From NCBI RefSeq assembly GCF_009914755.1, contig NC_060926.1: a DNA stretch of 64,000 nt; one strand, written 5' to 3'. The stretch comes from the human T2T-CHM13v2.0 reference genome, Homo sapiens. Position 1 is the stretch's first letter, and the number at the start of each line of letters is the position of its first letter. Position numbers and translations under genes: made by a program. Below are positions 58,646-64,000 of the stretch, piece after piece. Under the pieces are notes generated by a model that saw nothing but the letters and a program-made list of their open reading frames with translations, did not search any database and was not told the DNA's origin.

Positions 58646-59693
58646 TTATCTTAACACAGCATTCCCAATCACAATGTGAATGGAGGAGAGGAACCTGGGA
58701 AAGGTTCTCTGGGACCCATTTCATGAGTTATCTGCCAAGTGCCCACTTGACCCCTAGAAATCTGAAAGTTAGAATAATTAGAAAATTAAATTAGAATAAT
58801 TTATTATTTTATTAATATACTAATATATAATAAAAGTTGTAGAAATGTTGAACAGTGTCAGAACCCATGCAGCAACTGTGCTATATTTAAACTTTTACAT
58901 TAATTGACCATGATAAATAGCTCCAACTGTGTTGGTTTTTTCTTTAGTAAGTACATTTTCTGAGAAAGTTGAGATCTGTAGCTGAATGACCCATTCTGGC
59001 ATCATCCTAAAACTTATCATTTTGAGTTTCTTTTTAATTGGAGTAGGAAGTTATGGATGTAATATTTTTTAATGTTTTTTTATAAAATTCACACTTTGCT
59101 ACTGTAATTTATATTTTCCTTGGTAACTGGTAAAAACATTTTAAGGGTCAGCCTAGAAGTAGCAGAATCAGTGGAAACACTTTTTCTAAACCTTTCTTCC
59201 TTGTGTCATTAATCACAAGAAACACACCTAGTAACCCAGACTGTCAGATTCACTCACAAAAGTTGCAATTTATCTCCAAACCATTCTTGCCCCCTGAACC
59301 TTGTAGCTGATTGGGTAATGAGTAATTACACACCTTCAGTTATTACTCTGACTTAGGATTTTTCAGCATCTATTTTCTGTCAGTAAATGGAGCTAAACTG
59401 CATGTATTTTGGCTTGAGTACACAATGAATCAGAATTAATGAAATGTCATATCCATTAAAGCAAGCTCAGAAAATTGCATGCAAATATGGATAAGAGGGC
59501 TCTTAGTTCTAACTTTGCAGCCACGAGCAAAACCAGAGTGGTCATTTCTCATTGATCTTTCTACACAATCTTCCCTCTCTGTGGTCATCCCCTAAGACTT
59601 GGCCTGTTCTGAGGCAGTGGAAAAGTACCAAGGCCTCCATGAAAAATACTCTGAAGAGAATTTCTAACTGCTGAGGACAGCTGTAGTCTTGAC

Positions 59694-60072
59694 TGTGGAG
59701 TCCTGATAAGTAAGCAACAATGAGGAAGGGGCCCAGGTGGGGGAGGGCCCCAGGTGGGGGAGAACAATGAAGTTATTGTAAGAAACAGCTAATCACAAAC
59801 AACCCACAGGCACAAGACCTAAGTCCACAAGTAGCCCCAGCTGCATGGCCTTGTTCTGTATGTTCTGGTCATCCCCCCAGCAAGCATGACCCTATAAAAC
59901 TTCCCTCCAGCCCCTGCCTCTTTGGAGACTCTTCTCTGCTGTGCTGCCCATTGCAATCTTGTAACATATTTTCATACTTTCTCTAATAAAGCTGCCTTTC
60001 TTTACCTACACTCGTCTTGGTAAATTCCTTTACCACCCATGACACCAGCCCCAGCTGGTCATACCCAAGACA
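59694..60072 (+). mobile_element. ERV1-class solo LTR (LTR23/LTR56-like)
   Basis: TG...CA ends, perfect 5-bp TSD ttgac, TATAAAA near 59893, AATAAA near 59985. Confidence 0.88.
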
Positions 60073-62454
60073 TTGACGTACATCCTTCTTTTACTCAACC
60101 TCTGGGAAGCTCTCCTCTCTGTGGGGTGCTGTGTTCTGACATTGGCTCTGTTATTGCCTGCCATTGTGATGCTGAAGCTGAAGAAGGGATAACAAGCACA
60201 GGACTGCAGGCTGGCAGCAGGATTTGCTAGGTTATGTTTGAAGGGTCCATGTGATCTGTTTCCAATGCTTAACTCATTTGCCATGTCAACTTGTATGGCA
60301 AAATGTTTACTCTGCCATGTATTCTAGTGCATTGGTCTAAACATGGAACCAGTTTTCAATATAAACTGATGTTGGAGAGATGTCTCAGCAAAAGATAGAG
60401 AAGAGCAATGTGTTGTTCCCCTCAGCCCCTTCTGCTTTTCCAGTGCCTTATAGGTGATAATCAATGTGACAATGCCAATAGCTTGCTCAAACTGTTCCTG
60501 CTGCCTGCAGTTGGCTTCCCTGCCCACCCTTGTGTATCACAGCCATGGCTACATTAATAAATGGGTGGCAGCCCTTCAGCTCTATGGAAACTGAAAAATT
60601 ACCCAAACAACTCAATACAGAGAATCATACGCCACCTCATCTTTGAGTAGCAGCCTCTGAATTCTTAATTTTGGCTGTACTCTGGAGGCTGGACCATCAG
60701 AGCTGAGTCATAGTGGCTAATAAATGCATGATCCTAGAAGACTCTCAATAATACCACTAGTTAGGGACTCTTCTTTTGTTGAATATCTGTTGCTACAACT
60801 TTATGGCAAAAAGTAATGCATCTTCTTTTGTTTAAATGATGGATGGCTACTACTGTTGATTCTTTCTTCAGCAAATTTGTAAAGTGAGAAGTAGAGCCAC
60901 ATGGTGCCGGAGAACATTAGGTCATATGCAGAGATAAGATTTCATTCCTGAACTGCTATATGGAATATAGGAAGCCAGGAGTGGAAAACTTCATTCATAA
61001 GTTCTCAGCACATTGTAAAAAACTCAAACAGACAACCTTCCCAGGTAGAAAAGGCTTAGCAGTTAAGTGGAGGTCACCTAGAGGCCAGCCTCTCAGGACA
61101 GGTCTTGATGCTATTCATTTCATGTTAGTGTGGATTCATGACTTTTGATTCTCTTCCAAAAGTGTCCAAGCTCTCAACCAGCAGGAAGACATAGAATTTG
61201 GGGGAAATGGGAATTTCTGGATCTGAAATAATTCTGGAAATCTTCCCCTCTCTCCTCCAAAGCTTCTAAGTTACCCCATTGCTCTTTTGTGACCCAATCC
61301 TCACAGAAAGTAAAGTGGGGATGCCTTTTAATGTCAGAACACCTTTTAATTCTGATTCTTATTGAGATGAGGACCGTGCACAAATAGAAAAGGGCAAGGA
61401 TGTAGGAGAGAACCCAGGAGACTACAGGGGAGAAGTATTGAGAACCAGGGCTTAACTCTGGCCCTTGGCTCGTGAGAGGGTGTCAAGACCATAGGTGTTT
61501 GGGTCCCATTTGCTGTTTGACGTATTTGTAAAGCAAAGACAGAGAGCAAGGTGAATGATGTGGAAATACTTTTTAGATCTTTTGGAGCAGCTTCGACCTG
61601 AGAAATTAACCTGAGTGAACAATAGTTTATTGCTCTCTGTCACCTCAGAATCTTCCTCAACCCTCCTTACCCTGGGGGCAACTGAAGCATGAAGAAAACC
61701 TGCCATGGAAAGGCTGAGAGGCATTCCCGGGGTGGGGGTCCTCAGGAGGAGGTGTGAGGCAGGCATGGCTGGGGTTGGGCACTGGACCAGGACCTAGCTG
61801 GCCTGGTTTCCAGTTCTGACATCATCTGCACGTGTTACCTCCGGAAGATCATCACCTCCCACAAAACCTTTGTTTCACTATCTGAAAATGAAGGACAATG
61901 GATCAGGTGATCTTTAAGATTCTTCTTAGTCCCGGATCTGGTTCTATCCAGCTATTAAGCCAGTAAGGTTTTCTATTGCCTGTGCTTGCCAGAAACATAT
62001 GCCTTTCTCTTTTCTGCCTCTCAGCCCTTCGTGGCCTTCCTCCTGAGGCTTCCTGACTTCCCACAGCTGCCCTGCTTTGTTCCCCGACACACCAGGACAC
62101 AGCAGCCGGCAGGAGCCAGAGACCAATCAGTATTTGATAAAGATAAATCTGTGCTCAGAACTGGAACAGATGTTTAGCCAATTAGGAAATGAAACCCTCT
62201 GTTGAAGTAGTTCTGCTTCCATCTGAGGACTTTGGATTGAGCTGTTAAAAGGACTCATTTCTTCAAAAATGCTTTGCAGAATCTATCAAAGCAAGGTAAG
62301 AGGTTAGGTCATTTGCTCTAGATAACTCAGTTACAATGTGGCTTCAACACAATTACCATTCACAGATGTATAACATCACAAAATCTGAATGTTCTAGAAT
62401 GGAAGGGACCTTAAGGCTGTTTTTCACACCTAGTGCAAAAATTCCTCTGCAACC

Positions 62455-62615
62455 TGGTTACTCAGAGTGTGGTACCTGGACAGCCTCAGCGTTATCTGGG
62501 AGCATTCTAGGAATGCAGAATACCAGCCCCCACCCTAGACCTGCTGATTCAGATCTCACATTTTAATAAGATGCAAAGGTGATTCACACACACATAAAAG
62601 TGTGAGAAACACCAT
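62455..62615. mobile_element. MER5A hAT MITE
   Basis: tggttactcagagtgtggtacctggacag...cagccccaccctagacctgctgattcaga...gtgtgagaaacac. Confidence 0.8.
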
Positions 62616-62779
62616 TCTACAATATCCCTGATCAATGAACAGCGTGTCTTAGTTTAAACACATGCAGGCAAGGACGTAGTTTGCTCAATTGCAGGGTGTT
62701 CTATTTGGGGATACCTATAAACATCACAATGCACATTTTTATAATAATAAATCTAGTGAATATTTATTGACCTTGGACC

Positions 62780-63040
62780 ATGTGACCTCTTCTCAAAGCT
62801 CAACAAGTATATGTTGCCTCATTTAATCCTCACAACAGCTATTTGAGGTAAATACTATTTGTTTTCACTCAATCCCCACAACAAATATATGAGGGGCTAT
62901 TCTCTTCTTTCTCATTTTATGAATGAGAAAGCTGAGGCCAGAGAAACTGAGTGACTTGCAACAGGGCTGGGGAGTGGATTGTGAACTCTCACGTAAGTGG
63001 TTTGGCTCCAGAGCCCAGACATAACCAGTATGTTATATGC
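62780..63040 (-). mobile_element. MIR SINE(s)
   Basis: ctcatttaatcctcacaac...cattttatgaatgagaaagctgaggcc. Confidence 0.75.
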
Positions 63041-63129
63041 CTCTTTATAGTGAGCAGAAGTGCTCCTTTCTATTGTTTCTGTTCACCTGTCATCTAGAAA
63101 TATGAATAAAATTCTATTTTTTCTATATG

Positions 63130-64000
63130 AAAACTTCAAATTATTTAAAACCAACTCTTATGATCACTCTCTTTAATATGTTCTTCATATGACTTAATTA
63201 TATATCCTCACCACATTAGTCAAATCCTACTTTGTCACTAAAATGTGGCCTTCAGCATTGTATCTGAAACCTCAGCTATGTGATTTTGAGCAGGGCCAAG
63301 TAGTAAAATTATCTTCAACCTGTATTGAAACAGCATACTTTGAATAATGAGGCCCAAGTACTAATGAATACTTTCATCGTCACAGCATTGATTGATATTG
63401 AGCTCAATGTCTTTTTCACAAAGACTGCTATTAAGCCTAGTCTTTCTAAGTCTGTATTTGTGGAGATGGTTTTTGAACTCCGGAGGGTTTGCTTAAAGCA
63501 AACCTCTCATTAGCATCTTGTGCTTCTGCCTACGCTGAGCTCAAGTGATATCCCAGCACCATCTTCCAGTGTAGTGAGGGCTGTTAGCACCACCACTATC
63601 CAGGCTAGGGCTGAGTAGGGTAAAAACTGCTATCTGTTCTTCTTAAATTTCATCTTGTTAGCTGTGACTCATTATTCATACTGTCAAATCTTTTGAATTC
63701 TTGATTCTATCACTCAGCATTTTTGCTAGCTGGCCCACCCTTCTGTCATCTGAAAATTCGATCAACACACCTTCTGTCTTTATTAAGCAATTTGCAACTG
63801 AAAGTGCTGAATGGTCCAGTTGAAGGAAGTCCCTAGGATAGGACCTGCTCCCAGAGACCTCCCCTGAAGGCTGACTTCAGATTGTTAATCTGTTCTCTTG
63901 AACCAGACATTTAATCATCTTACCATTTTGTAGCTCTTCATACAGCTTCTATGTCTCCATTTCCTAAAGAGAGAGAATGATGGCCAACACCTCATTTTAA
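63130..64000 (-). mobile_element. L3/CR1 LINE remnant
   Basis: aaatttcatcttgttag...ctgtcaaatcttttgaattcttgattct...tgtcatctgaaaatt. Confidence 0.6.

Overview
Human/great-ape genomic DNA (Alu S/Y/J, L1PA, L2, MIR, MER, LTR repeats), intergenic or deep intronic. I recognise no cellular protein-coding gene; all protein-like ORFs are transposon remnants (L1 ORF1/ORF2/ORF0, ERVL pol, hAT-Charlie transposase). Landmarks: an ERVL-class provirus interior (about 12.6-18.8 kb) split by a 3 kb Charlie5-type DNA transposon; a full-length L1PA3/4 (41371-47505) inside MER30 inside an L1M inside an L2; a near-pristine AluYc1-type insertion (55347-55645); several solo LTRs; and repeat-poor motif-dense islands that may be enhancers. 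The most unusual signal is one that repeat annotation does not explain. Three 68-142 bp segments were copied from donors 1.7-4.4 kb away within this window (two inverted, one direct), with no poly-A tail or TSD. Their junctions show fold-back or microhomology, and further hairpin and tandem scars lie nearby, suggesting repeated locally templated break repair. The L1 antisense ORF0 frame is also open for 165 codons, and its splice donor is in phase with a candidate GC-donor exon 17 kb away. Repeat subfamily names come from recalled consensus sequences; boundaries of old repeats are approximate.
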